A stretch of 61,842 nucleotides of DNA, the filler included. It is 4 parts of 4 records of this genome, joined end to end, with 100 filler letters (N's around TTAATTAATTAA, not from the genome) between each part and the next. Parts side by side here need not be neighbours in the genome. Positions count along the whole stretch, not along the records: positions 1 to 31,644 come from SRR31156797_2498; positions 31,745 to 40,535 come from SRR31156797_2513; 2 more parts are not named here. One strand, given 5' to 3'. The notes beneath the pieces are model-generated. The model saw nothing but the letters and a program-made list of their open reading frames with translations. It searched no databases and was not told the DNA's origin. The translations under genes were made by a program, and so were the position numbers. Numbering within the stretch: position 1 is the first letter of the stretch; each line of letters starts with the position of its first letter. Of the stretch, positions 30,469 to 40,362 are shown in pieces.

Positions 30469-31644
30469 CTACTGCAATTTATTAGGTAAATTGATAGTAA
30501 ACTCTGTTCCTACATCTACCTCGGAATTGACGAAAATCTCGCCTTTATGCAACCTGATAATAGACTGTACAATTGACAGTCCCAATCCTGAACCGCCTGT
30601 ATCCCTTGATCTGGCTTTATCTACCCTGTAGAATCTATCAAAGATATAAGCTATCTGTTCCTGCGGGATACCAATCCCTGAATCCTTAACAACTATTGAA
30701 CAAAGAGACAATGAATGCTTCAAAGTCACTTCTACTATTCCATTTTCTAAAGTATATTTTATTGCATTTTCTATAACATTAATTAAAACTCGCCTTATAA
30801 GCTTATCGTCACCAAAAATTACAGCGTTATTATCAATACTTGTTTCAAAAGTAATATTCTTTTTTGATGCCAGAGGACGCAGTTTATTACATACATCAGT
30901 ACATAAATGTGATATGTTGATTTCTTTAGCATCAAGTACCGACATCCCTGATTCATCCTGCTTCACCAAAACCAATAATTCGTTTATAAGTGCTGTAAGT
31001 CTGTCAATCTCACAATTAATATCATTGAGGAATTCTTTTGTCATGCTTTCATCATAGGCAGATTGATGCTGAAGGGTTTCAACAAGCACCTTTATGGATG
31101 CCATAGGTGTTTTTAATTCATGGGATGCATTACTTACAAATTCATTTCTCGTTCTGTCAATGTTTTCAAGCCTTCGTGTCATTTTATTAAAAGTATCAGC
31201 CATTTGTGCTAATTCTGATTGACCTTGAACAGATACTCTATGGCTAAAGTCTCCTTGGCTTATTCTCATTATACCTTGTGTCAAATCTTTTATCGGTTTT
31301 ACCATTGCGCCTGATATCAATGCAGATATAATCAGCATAAATGCACATGTGATACCAAAAACAATCAACATCTGCCAGCGTATCAGAGTGGTATGCTCTA
31401 CAATACTCTCTATGCTCACCGATAATACTACACATCCTAATATCTTAGATTCAGAAACAATTGGTGCAGCACAGTAAATAACCCATTCCAAGCCTTCGTC
31501 AGATTTTCCTATAGCCTGCTGGAGCTTACCAATCCAATTTTTTGAAAACGCATTTATTCTTTCCGGGCTAGCAGGTAACTGATAAAACCCGAATTCACTG
31601 TCACTATTTCCTAGTAAAACAGTATTTACTTCATTGATATCAAT
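30469..31644 (-). CDS. HAMP-HisKA-HATPase sensor histidine kinase (5' truncated at contig end)
   Basis: TM and HAMP; H-box SNASHELKTP; NAIKY, DSGIGIP, FDRFYRVDKARSR and GGSGLGL. The frame stays open from 31491 to the contig end at 31644. Confidence 0.93.
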   Translation of the reverse strand: MDINEVNTVLLGNSDSEFGFYQLPASPERINAFSKNWIGKLQQAIGKSDEGLEWVIYCAAPIVSESKILGCVVLSVSIESIVEHTTLIRWQMLIVFGITCAFMLIISALISGAMVKPIKDLTQGIMRISQGDFSHRVSVQGQSELAQMADTFNKMTRRLENIDRTRNEFVSNASHELKTPMASIKVLVETLQHQSAYDESMTKEFLNDINCEIDRLTALINELLVLVKQDESGMSVLDAKEINISHLCTDVCNKLRPLASKKNITFETSIDNNAVIFGDDKLIRRVLINVIENAIKYTLENGIVEVTLKHSLSLCSIVVKDSGIGIPQEQIAYIFDRFYRVDKARSRDTGGSGLGLSIVQSIIRLHKGEIFVNSEVDVGTEFTINLPNKLQ

Positions 31645-31744
31645 NNNNNNNNNNNNNNNNNNNNNNNNNNNNNNNNNNNNNNNNNNNNTTAATTAATTAA
31701 NNNNNNNNNNNNNNNNNNNNNNNNNNNNNNNNNNNNNNNNNNNN
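31645..31744. other. Artificial contig linker
   Basis: N-run, TTAATTAATTAA (stops in all six frames), N-run. Confidence 0.98.
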
Positions 31745-31745
31745 T

Positions 31746-32303
31746 GGAAAAGGATTCGCTGTTGTTGCACAAGAAGTAAGAAACCTAGCTTCACGTTCTG
31801 CTGAAGCAGCAAATGAAATTAAAGCATTAGTAGAAAAAGCTACAGGAAAAGCAAATGGTGGGAAAAAGATAGCAGATGAGATGATAGATGGATATACTCA
31901 TCTAAACGAGTCTATCTCTAAAACTCTTGAACTTATCAAAGATGTAGAGATGGCGTCAAAAGAGCAACAACAAGGGATTGAACAGATCAATAATGCTGTA
32001 ACAGAACTTGATCAACAAACACAACAAAATGCAAGTGTTGCGAATAATACAAAAGATATTGCAATAAAAACTCAAACCATTGCTCAAACAGTAGTAAATA
32101 ATGCAGATGAAAAAGAGTTTATAGGAAAACATGAGGTAAAAGCAAAAAATGTTACTCCAGCTAAAACTATTGTTTCAACACAAGCAAAACCAACACAACA
32201 CACTCCACCTAAAAAGATAGAAACACAGACTCCATCTCAAACAAATAAGATTCAACCTATCACATCTACTTCAAAAGATGATGATGAGTGGGCAAGCTTT
32301 TAA
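31746..32303 (+). CDS. Methyl-accepting chemotaxis protein, C-terminal fragment (5' truncated)
   Basis: The frame upstream of the ORF-track start reads GKGFAVVAQEVRNLASRSAEAA. It also has EQ..GIEQIN.A..ELD..TQQNA and ends DDDEWASF. Confidence 0.93.
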   Translation, partial: GKGFAVVAQEVRNLASRSAEAANEIKALVEKATGKANGGKKIADEMIDGYTHLNESISKTLELIKDVEMASKEQQQGIEQINNAVTELDQQTQQNASVANNTKDIAIKTQTIAQTVVNNADEKEFIGKHEVKAKNVTPAKTIVSTQAKPTQHTPPKKIETQTPSQTNKIQPITSTSKDDDEWASF

Positions 32304-32336
32304 CAGCTTGCTTGTAGGTAAGTTAAGAAGTGAGTA

Positions 32337-33710
32337 ATGCAAAAAAACTATTTTAGTACAAAATTAATTTTTTCTTTTTTATTTAGTGTGATTATTTTAC
32401 AGATCATTCTGTTTGGAATTTTTCATTTTATCAATATAAAATCTGAACGTATATTAAAACACCAAATAACATTAAAATATGAGATCAAAAATATACAATA
32501 TAATCTTATAAAAAGTCATTTATGGCTTCATGAATTTACTGAAGATACAAAACAAAAAACGGATCAACTAAAAACGAGCTACCAAAATATAGAAACTAGT
32601 TTTCAACATCTTTTCTCTTTAGAATCTGATATGGAAAATATATCTAATTCTAATTTATGCAATCACGAACTGATAAAAAAGAACATAACAAAACTCCACA
32701 CACAATATACTCAATTGAAAGACAATACTTACGCAAATATACTAAAAGATCAAAACAACACTACTTTCAATGATATGAGCCATAATATACCTTACAATGC
32801 TTTGATAGATGATATTAATATATTTCTTACAAATATAGAAGATACCTTTATTACGGTTCAAAAAGAGTTTCAAATACAAAAAAGAAAGTTTTACATACTA
32901 GTAGTTGCCCTAATCCTACTTACAATAATTTCAGCCTTTTTACTTCTTCGACACAATTACTATAAGTATCAAGAATATCTTCACAAAGATAAGCTTTTGG
33001 AAAAACAAACCAAACTAGCAGATATGGGTCAGATGATAGATTCCATTGCCCACCAATGGAAAGGACCTTTAAATATTATAAGTATGAGAGTGCAAATGTT
33101 GGAACTTGATATTGCCGATAAAAAGCTCTCAGAAGAAAATGTTATAACAACTATTGATAAAGTTCAATACCAAATAAGACATCTTCTTGAAACTATTGAT
33201 GAGTTTAGAAAGTTTTTTAAAACTGAAAGAACCAAATGTTTAGTCTCATTAAAAGAGTTATGTGAATCATGCTTAGTATTATTACATGATGAACTTGTCA
33301 AACATACTATAAAAATATCTATTGAAGAGAAAGAAGACTCTCAGGTACTAGTAAATCCAAGTGAATTTAAACATGTGTTGATCAATCTTATTTTAAATGC
33401 TAAAGATGCTTTTTTAAGTAATCAAATAGATTCAGATGATAGGAGAATCACTATAGTGATAGATGCTATTGAAGATACTAAAATATTAAGTATAGAAGAT
33501 AACGCAGGAGGGATTCCTAAAAAAATAATCACCAAGATCTTTGATCCAAGATTTACAACAAAAACCACTATGGGTGGAACTGGGGTAGGACTTTATTTAA
33601 GTAAACAGATCATAGAAAAACATGGAGCTTCTATTGATGTAAAGAGTTATGAACACAAAACAAAATTCACAATTTGTTTTAAAGAGGAAAACAGTAATAA
33701 CTCTTTATGA
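32337..33710 (+). CDS. Membrane sensor histidine kinase
   Basis: Two TMs flanking a periplasmic domain; H-box IAHQWKGPL; NAKDA, DNAGGIP and GTGVGLYLSK (Campylobacterota-style). Confidence 0.9.
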   Translation: MQKNYFSTKLIFSFLFSVIILQIILFGIFHFINIKSERILKHQITLKYEIKNIQYNLIKSHLWLHEFTEDTKQKTDQLKTSYQNIETSFQHLFSLESDMENISNSNLCNHELIKKNITKLHTQYTQLKDNTYANILKDQNNTTFNDMSHNIPYNALIDDINIFLTNIEDTFITVQKEFQIQKRKFYILVVALILLTIISAFLLLRHNYYKYQEYLHKDKLLEKQTKLADMGQMIDSIAHQWKGPLNIISMRVQMLELDIADKKLSEENVITTIDKVQYQIRHLLETIDEFRKFFKTERTKCLVSLKELCESCLVLLHDELVKHTIKISIEEKEDSQVLVNPSEFKHVLINLILNAKDAFLSNQIDSDDRRITIVIDAIEDTKILSIEDNAGGIPKKIITKIFDPRFTTKTTMGGTGVGLYLSKQIIEKHGASIDVKSYEHKTKFTICFKEENSNNSL

Positions 33711-33742
33711 TTAACAATTGAAATTTAACTATATTGAGAAGC

Positions 33743-33783
33743 AAGTGAGTTATCTATTAACTAATCTAATAGATACTCCACTT
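33743..33783. terminator. Hairpin between convergent genes
   Basis: Imperfect inverted repeat AAGTGAGT.TATCTATTA-loop-TAATAGATACTCCACTT. Confidence 0.55.
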
Positions 33784-33785
33784 AT

Positions 33786-35366
33786 TTAGTTTGCATATAC
33801 CTTATAATCTATAAAATTAAAAATAGAGTTCTTATGCTCCATAGTTTCAAGCAAGAAGAAATCTATCTCACCATCAACCATCTCTTTAAGTTTTAAAAAG
33901 TTATAAATATGCTCTTTTGTTCGTAAAGTACTATATTCAACAGCAGTTTCTGTAGTGATTAAAAATGCCCAGTCACTACTTTGAGCTAAAAGGAGTTCTC
34001 TTACCATTTGATTTAATACTCTATTAAGATTAAAATCACACCCCTCTTTAAATCTATCAGCATATTCACACATTGAATCAGCCATAAAATGAAGATGTCT
34101 ATAGATCCAAGCATTCCCTTCATTTAACCATACATCATAATACCCTTGATCTCCCCAAGAAGATGCAGATGGAGTTGTCATCTGATTTTTTGCAAACATT
34201 TGGAGATACTCATTTGGAGTAACAGCTTTAAACACTTTATGTTCATCAATCTGTTTAAACACATTATATAAAAAGTCAACCCCCTCAAACCACCAGTGTC
34301 CAAAAAGCTCAGCATCATAAGGAGAAACTACCATTGGAGTTCGCTCCATATTTTGTCCTAAGAACTCAAACTGTTGCTCCCTATTAAAATGGAAGTTTTT
34401 CGCATGATCTATTGTTTTATAATAAGCAGCCTCTGGATTATAAACCTCTTTATAATCAGTCTCCCCTGTTACTTTATGGTATTTAAATCCCGTAAATACT
34501 CTTTGACCATCTGGATCGATATAATCTCTAATATAGTCATAATCTAGATCATACCCAATATCACGGTAAAAATCTCTATAGTTCGTATCTCCAGGATATC
34601 CCTCTTTTGAACTCCATACTTGCTTTGCAGAGTGTGGATCTCTTGCAAAAGCAGCAACTGCATGATCTGTATAGATTGGAGCATATACTCCATTAACTGA
34701 AGTTGGTTCCCCATAAATAAGCCCATGTGAATCCATAAAGAAAAAGTGAATCCCATTATCTTTTAAGATCTTATCTAAGCCTTCATAATACGCACACTCA
34801 GGAAGCCAGATACCTTGTGGTGGTTTTCCAAAATGTTTTGTATGAGACTCTACAGCTACTTTTATTTGTACTTCTACAGCTTTTTCATTGATACTTAAAA
34901 GTGGTAAGAACCCATGAGTTGCCCCACAAGTGATCACCTCTATTTTCCCAATATCATTAAAATATTTATATCCACTGAGAACATTTTTATTTAAAAACCC
35001 TTGGAAAAACTCTAAGGTATTTTGAAAAAAGTTTTTATAATAGTGAGCTACACCATTAAATACATGGTCATCTTTTGTTCGCTCAATCTCTTTATCACCA
35101 AGTTCGATAAGACGAAAGAGATATTTCTCATATTTATCCATAAGATGTCTATCATTTAACATCTCTGCAAGTGGAGGAGTTACCGATGTAGTGAGTCTAA
35201 ACTCTACATTTTCATCTTCTAGTTTTTTCAGGTTTTTTAAAAGCGGTATATAACACTCAGTGATCGCTTCAAAAAGCCAATGCTCTTCTAAAAAGTAATC
35301 ATACTCAGGATGTTTTACAAATGGAAGATGTGAATGTAAAACAGGTATCCAATATCCTTTGATCAT
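33786..35366 (-). CDS. GH57 1,4-alpha-glucan branching enzyme (DUF1957-containing)
   Basis: Motifs VLHSHLPFV, EEHWLFEAITECYIPL, nucleophile WLPECAY, acid/base YDAELFGHWWFEG and RELLLAQSSDWAF. Confidence 0.92.
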   Translation of the reverse strand: MIKGYWIPVLHSHLPFVKHPEYDYFLEEHWLFEAITECYIPLLKNLKKLEDENVEFRLTTSVTPPLAEMLNDRHLMDKYEKYLFRLIELGDKEIERTKDDHVFNGVAHYYKNFFQNTLEFFQGFLNKNVLSGYKYFNDIGKIEVITCGATHGFLPLLSINEKAVEVQIKVAVESHTKHFGKPPQGIWLPECAYYEGLDKILKDNGIHFFFMDSHGLIYGEPTSVNGVYAPIYTDHAVAAFARDPHSAKQVWSSKEGYPGDTNYRDFYRDIGYDLDYDYIRDYIDPDGQRVFTGFKYHKVTGETDYKEVYNPEAAYYKTIDHAKNFHFNREQQFEFLGQNMERTPMVVSPYDAELFGHWWFEGVDFLYNVFKQIDEHKVFKAVTPNEYLQMFAKNQMTTPSASSWGDQGYYDVWLNEGNAWIYRHLHFMADSMCEYADRFKEGCDFNLNRVLNQMVRELLLAQSSDWAFLITTETAVEYSTLRTKEHIYNFLKLKEMVDGEIDFFLLETMEHKNSIFNFIDYKVYAN

Positions 35367-35367
35367 C

Positions 35368-36198
35368 TTACATTCCTCCTAAAGATTGTTTAGTAAGTGT
35401 GGGAAGTTTATCGAGATTCTTCTCTTTTTCCTCTTCACTTCCATTGGTATTTGTATCATTGTTTTCATTTTTATCTAATGAAAATTTTGTTAAAACTGAA
35501 GTTGATGTTAATGATGCAGAAGATAAAGCATAAGAGCTTAATCCACCTAGTGCAAACCCTTCAGAACTCCATGAATCTGAGTCCATATTACTTCTCATAC
35601 TTGCAGATACTAACTCTTCTCTTGATATTTGAGTTGATTCTTCAAGCATTCTTATTTCATCTACATAATTTTTTGAAGACATCCCTATAGTAAAATGATT
35701 TAAAGAAGCTCTTATAACCTCAGTCATCCCTCTATATTTACTGATCCACACATCTTTGTCACTAAATTTGATTTGGGTGTTAAATACTTTAACCATATTT
35801 GATTCAATAAGATTTTTAAACTGTATTCCATGTTTATACACTGCAATGATCTTTATAAATTTCACATCTTTTTCTAGTTTATAAAAATATTGTCCAAAGT
35901 CATGATCGCATTTTATATCAGCGATTAGATCATGATTTTCATCAACTATATGAAAAGAGATATCCGCAATACTTACAATATTTTGATGTAAAAAATACTC
36001 TGGGAAATCCCAATAAAAATAGTATTTATTTTTATTTACAGGTAATAATACCAATTGAAGTGTATTATACCTATCTGGAATTATATAATCTTTTATACTG
36101 CCAGTATTAAGATCTTTAGTGATCGTATCAATACCATGAGTATTACTTGAAAAACTACTCTCCTCTTCTAAACTTGATTGAATCAGTTTATCACTCAT
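35368..36198 (-). CDS. DUF4912-like protein with Ser-rich tail
   Basis: Motifs IPDRYN...L.LLP......YFYWD and SN.V. It lies immediately upstream of the GH57 gene, the usual DUF4912 context. Confidence 0.7.
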   Translation of the reverse strand: MSDKLIQSSLEEESSFSSNTHGIDTITKDLNTGSIKDYIIPDRYNTLQLVLLPVNKNKYYFYWDFPEYFLHQNIVSIADISFHIVDENHDLIADIKCDHDFGQYFYKLEKDVKFIKIIAVYKHGIQFKNLIESNMVKVFNTQIKFSDKDVWISKYRGMTEVIRASLNHFTIGMSSKNYVDEIRMLEESTQISREELVSASMRSNMDSDSWSSEGFALGGLSSYALSSASLTSTSVLTKFSLDKNENNDTNTNGSEEEKEKNLDKLPTLTKQSLGGM

Positions 36199-36287
36199 TG
36201 AAAAACCTTGTTTTTATAAATTTTGGTAATTATACTTAAAAATTATTACAGTGTGATTACACAAAATAATTACATTAACAAAGTCCC

Positions 36288-37640
36288 TTATAATACGATC
36301 ATCTCAGCAAACCATAAAAAGCTAAAAAAACCTATAATATCAACCAAAGTGATCACAACAACAGAGCTTGCAACTGCTGGGTCTAGATTCATCTTTTTTA
36401 ACACCATAGGTACGCTAGCCCCTAAGATTCCTGCACTAATAAAACTCACAAACATCGATAATCCAATGGAGATAGAGATCAAAACATTATCAAACCAAAG
36501 CTGTGTAATTCCAAAACTCAAAATCCCAAATAAGACTCCATTAAGTAAGGACATATTGACCTCTTTTCGTAAGATGGGTTTTAGATTATCAAGATTTATC
36601 TCTCCTATTGCCATCTGTCTTACCACTACTGTCATAGTTTGAACTGACGCTGTTCCTGCCATATTTGCAACTATTGGCATTAAAACTGCAAGGGCTACAA
36701 TAGCATCTAAAGTATGCTCAAATATCCCAATCACTAGTGAAGCTAACACTGCATTAACAAGATTGATTGTAAGCCATGTTGCACGGGTTTTTGTGGTTTT
36801 TGTAAAATTCTCTTGAATCTCTTCATTTTCGTCTAATCGATTGAGGTTATATAACTGTTTTGTAGCCTTTTCTTGCATAATATCAATCACATCATCATGG
36901 GTAATTCTCCCAATCAAGTGCCCTATTCTATCTACAACAGCTAGTGACACAAGGTCATATTTTTCGATCATATTCACCACTTCATCAAGACTTTCATGGG
37001 AATTGATACAATATTCATCATTATACTTTGGAAGTATCTGCTCAAACTTACTCTCTTTTTTTTCTAAGATAAGATCATCTATTGGTATCGCTTTTAAAAA
37101 CCGTCCTTTTTCATCTGTAATAAAAACGCTCTGTACCGTTCCAATACCACTCTCTTTTAAACGGGAAAGTTTTAAAATAGCATAATCTACACTTTTATCC
37201 ACTCCCACTTTAAAGATCTCTGTTTGCATCAAAGAACCTGCTTCTTTATTACTATAAGAGATAAGCTTTTCAATATTTTTTTGAGTCTTATCTTTTAAAA
37301 GTAAGAATACATCTTCCTCTTTTTGTTTATCAGTTTTTCCAATAGCTATAAAAAGATCCGTGGCATCATCACTCTCTAAAGTCTCTAAAATTTCAGCTAA
37401 ACCTTGTGGATCATATTTTAAAATAAGATCCACTTGAAAAGCAGTAGGAAGCTCAATAAAGGTTTGAGCTCGAAGCTCCATAGGCAAAGAGTTTAAATAC
37501 TCAAAAAACTTACTCTCATCTTTTTGTTTCACATCTTCTAGATAATCAGCAAGGTCTGCGTCATCTACTTCTGCTTTTCTCTCCTCACCTGAACCACTTT
37601 TTAACTTTTGCAGATAAAGATCTATCGCTTTTATATTCAT
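36288..37640 (-). CDS. mgtE: Magnesium transporter MgtE
   Basis: MgtE_N domain (ESDDATD), AGSLM, CBS pair (GRITHDD), R..WL, MP.VA.MAG and DPAVAS. Confidence 0.92.
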   Translation of the reverse strand: MNIKAIDLYLQKLKSGSGEERKAEVDDADLADYLEDVKQKDESKFFEYLNSLPMELRAQTFIELPTAFQVDLILKYDPQGLAEILETLESDDATDLFIAIGKTDKQKEEDVFLLLKDKTQKNIEKLISYSNKEAGSLMQTEIFKVGVDKSVDYAILKLSRLKESGIGTVQSVFITDEKGRFLKAIPIDDLILEKKESKFEQILPKYNDEYCINSHESLDEVVNMIEKYDLVSLAVVDRIGHLIGRITHDDVIDIMQEKATKQLYNLNRLDENEEIQENFTKTTKTRATWLTINLVNAVLASLVIGIFEHTLDAIVALAVLMPIVANMAGTASVQTMTVVVRQMAIGEINLDNLKPILRKEVNMSLLNGVLFGILSFGITQLWFDNVLISISIGLSMFVSFISAGILGASVPMVLKKMNLDPAVASSVVVITLVDIIGFFSFLWFAEMIVL

Positions 37641-37649
37641 CTAGCCCTC

Positions 37650-38861
37650 TTATACTAACTTTGCAAGGTTTTCAAACCCTGGAAGTATTTTCCCTTCTAA
37701 AAGCTCTAAACTTGCTCCTCCACCAGTTGAGATAAAGCTAATATTTTCTTTCTCTCCTGCTTTATCAGCAGCATTAGCAGTATCACCACCTCCAACAATA
37801 CTATATGCATAAGTATCGGCAATAGCATGGGCAATTCTAAACGTTCCTTTTGAAAATCTATCGATTTCAAAAATCCCCATAGGTCCATTCCAAATAATTG
37901 TATTTGAAAGCCCTATAGCTTCTTCAAAAAGTTTTACAGATGCTGGTCCAATATCTACTGCCATAAACCCTTCTAGTACATCTTGAGCTGGTACGATCTT
38001 TACATCAATAGGATGATCTATAGAATCAGTGATTACCACATCTACAGGAAGATATACATTAACTTTATTTTCTCTGGCATTATCTAAGATCATTCTAGCT
38101 TCAGTTACATACTCATCTTCAATTAAAGAAGCTTGCATATCGTATCCTAGAGCTTTTAGGAAAGTATTTGCCATAGCTCCTCCAATTACGATCTTATTTA
38201 CCTTTGGTAAAATATTATTTAAAAGAGTGATCTTTGAGCTTACTTTTGCACCACCAACTACAAGGCAAATTGGTTTTACTGGTTTAAATAATGCTTTTGC
38301 AAAAGCATCAATTTCACGTTTGAGTAAGAATCCTGCTACTTTTGTCTCTACAAACTGTGTGATTCCTACAGTTGAACTGTGTGCTCTATGGGAAGTTCCA
38401 AAGGCATCATTTACAAATACATCACATAAAGATGCAAGTTGTTGGGAAAGTGTTTCATCATTTTTTGTCTCACCCTCATAAAAACGGATATTTTCAAGTA
38501 AAAATACTTTCCCATTTTCACTATTTTCTAAAAGTTCTTTTTCATTATTAAAATCTTCTACAAACACAACATCTTTATCTAAAAGCCTAGAGACTCTTTT
38601 TACGATATATTTTAAAGAGAATTCTGCTTTATTATCCCCTTTAGGTCGACCTAAGTGAGTCACTAAAATAATGGATTTAGCTTTATGATCTATACAATAG
38701 TTGATCGTGTGAAGAGCTTCTTTTATTCTATTATCATCTGTGATATTATGATGAGCATCCATCGGAACATTAAAATCAACTCGGATTAATACCCTCTTAC
38801 CTTCAATCTCTATATCTTTTAAAGACTTTACATTTTGCATCAATTCAATATTATTTAACAT
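37650..38861 (-). CDS. pgk: Phosphoglycerate kinase
   Basis: Motifs RVDFNVP, HLGRP, LLENIRF, NDAFGTSHRAHSS, GGAKVS.K and STGGGASLE. Confidence 0.96.
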   Translation of the reverse strand: MLNNIELMQNVKSLKDIEIEGKRVLIRVDFNVPMDAHHNITDDNRIKEALHTINYCIDHKAKSIILVTHLGRPKGDNKAEFSLKYIVKRVSRLLDKDVVFVEDFNNEKELLENSENGKVFLLENIRFYEGETKNDETLSQQLASLCDVFVNDAFGTSHRAHSSTVGITQFVETKVAGFLLKREIDAFAKALFKPVKPICLVVGGAKVSSKITLLNNILPKVNKIVIGGAMANTFLKALGYDMQASLIEDEYVTEARMILDNARENKVNVYLPVDVVITDSIDHPIDVKIVPAQDVLEGFMAVDIGPASVKLFEEAIGLSNTIIWNGPMGIFEIDRFSKGTFRIAHAIADTYAYSIVGGGDTANAADKAGEKENISFISTGGGASLELLEGKILPGFENLAKLV

Positions 38862-38948
38862 ATCAGAACCCCTTTTTTATAAAATTGGTTCATTATAACT
38901 TATTTTAATAACAAATTGATTGCAAAAAATTGTTAGGAGTTTGAACTC

Positions 38949-40322
38949 CTATTGATTACAAACTATTTTATTTCTTCCTGTTCTTTTTGCCTCATATAAA
39001 GTATCATCCACTTTATTAAAAAAATCTATCTTAGACTCTGATTCACAGTACGATCCTACACCAAAACTTGCAGTAAGATTACCAACTGTACTAAAACTAT
39101 TCTCTTCTATAGATACTCTTAACTTTTCAGCTAATATCTTTGCTCCATTAGTTTCAGTTCCTGGAAGTAAGATTACAAACTCTTCTCCACCCCATCTTGC
39201 AAATAAGTCTACTCGTTTGAGCTTACTTTTAATAAGTGTTGATATCTCTTTTAACACCTCATCACCCACATTGTGTCCAAAAGTATCATTGATATTTTTA
39301 AAATGATCTATATCTACAAGTATCATAGAAAGAATATTATTATTAAGTTTTGCCTTACTTACTTCAAGCTCAAAAAACTGCTCAAACTTCGCACGATTTA
39401 AAGTTCCTGTAAGCGTATCAGTACTAGCTTGCTCTTCTAATTCTGCTGTCATAGAATAAAGCTCATCTACTTTATTTTTCATCGCCATATTTAAAGTTCG
39501 TAACTGCTGTTTTGTTTGTTCAAACTCTGTAACATCATGTCTAATAGCAATATATTCTACAATATCTCCATCAATATCTAAAATAGGGATAATAGTAGAA
39601 TCAACCACATATTTTCTTCCATCTTTACGAAGATTTGAAATCACCCCATTCCATGCTTTTTTCTGTTTAATTGTATCCCAAAGCTCTTTGAAAATACTAC
39701 TTGACATAGATGGATGGCGTACCACATTATGAGGTTTTCCTATCAGTTCATTTTTAGTATATCCACTCACTTCACAAAATCTGTCATTCACATAAGTGAT
39801 GATCCCTTTAGGATTTGTTTTAGAAACAATATTACTAATATCAACTGCTTTTTTATACTCATTTAAAAGATTTGAGTGTTTATTGGAAAAATCTATCTCA
39901 TCTTTTTGTATCTGCTCATAAATATTTGAAAGCTCATTTGCTATACTTAAAGATACTTTTTCAAGGTCTTTTAAAAGTCCAAAAGATAAAAACTCTTTTT
40001 CATAAAACACTGCACTTATTGTATTTTTTAAAGAGATAAAAAGATTTAAAAAATCAAAATTCCCCACTCCAAATTGATTGAGAAGTTTTAAAAACTTCAT
40101 CTTTGATGGACATTCGGAGATAGTTAAGTTCCATTGAAAAACACTTATAACACAATCAAAAAAATCATAAAATACTTTCCTGTCATCATCAGAGATATGG
40201 ATCGTATGTTTTAAAAAAACACTTTGAACCTCTTCACTCTCTAACCATCTGTGAACAATATCATTTCGACTCACACGCAAAAAGTATGCAAATTCTTTTA
40301 GTTGTACTATATTTTGATTCAA
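38949..40322 (-). CDS. PAS-GGDEF diguanylate cyclase
   Basis: PAS (G.ITYVND.FC..SGY...ELIGKPH...RHP), DTLTG..NR, DIDHFK.INDTFGH and RWGGEEF. TTG start with GGAG RBS. Confidence 0.9.
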   Translation of the reverse strand: MNQNIVQLKEFAYFLRVSRNDIVHRWLESEEVQSVFLKHTIHISDDDRKVFYDFFDCVISVFQWNLTISECPSKMKFLKLLNQFGVGNFDFLNLFISLKNTISAVFYEKEFLSFGLLKDLEKVSLSIANELSNIYEQIQKDEIDFSNKHSNLLNEYKKAVDISNIVSKTNPKGIITYVNDRFCEVSGYTKNELIGKPHNVVRHPSMSSSIFKELWDTIKQKKAWNGVISNLRKDGRKYVVDSTIIPILDIDGDIVEYIAIRHDVTEFEQTKQQLRTLNMAMKNKVDELYSMTAELEEQASTDTLTGTLNRAKFEQFFELEVSKAKLNNNILSMILVDIDHFKNINDTFGHNVGDEVLKEISTLIKSKLKRVDLFARWGGEEFVILLPGTETNGAKILAEKLRVSIEENSFSTVGNLTASFGVGSYCESESKIDFFNKVDDTLYEAKRTGRNKIVCNQ

Positions 40323-40362
40323 ATAATATCTCCAGTAAAATAAAATTGTATATATTATAGCA

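Noticed and set aside
31689..31700. TTAATTAATTAA palindrome repeated three times in the window
   Set aside because: It is the artificial six-frame stop linker, not biological.
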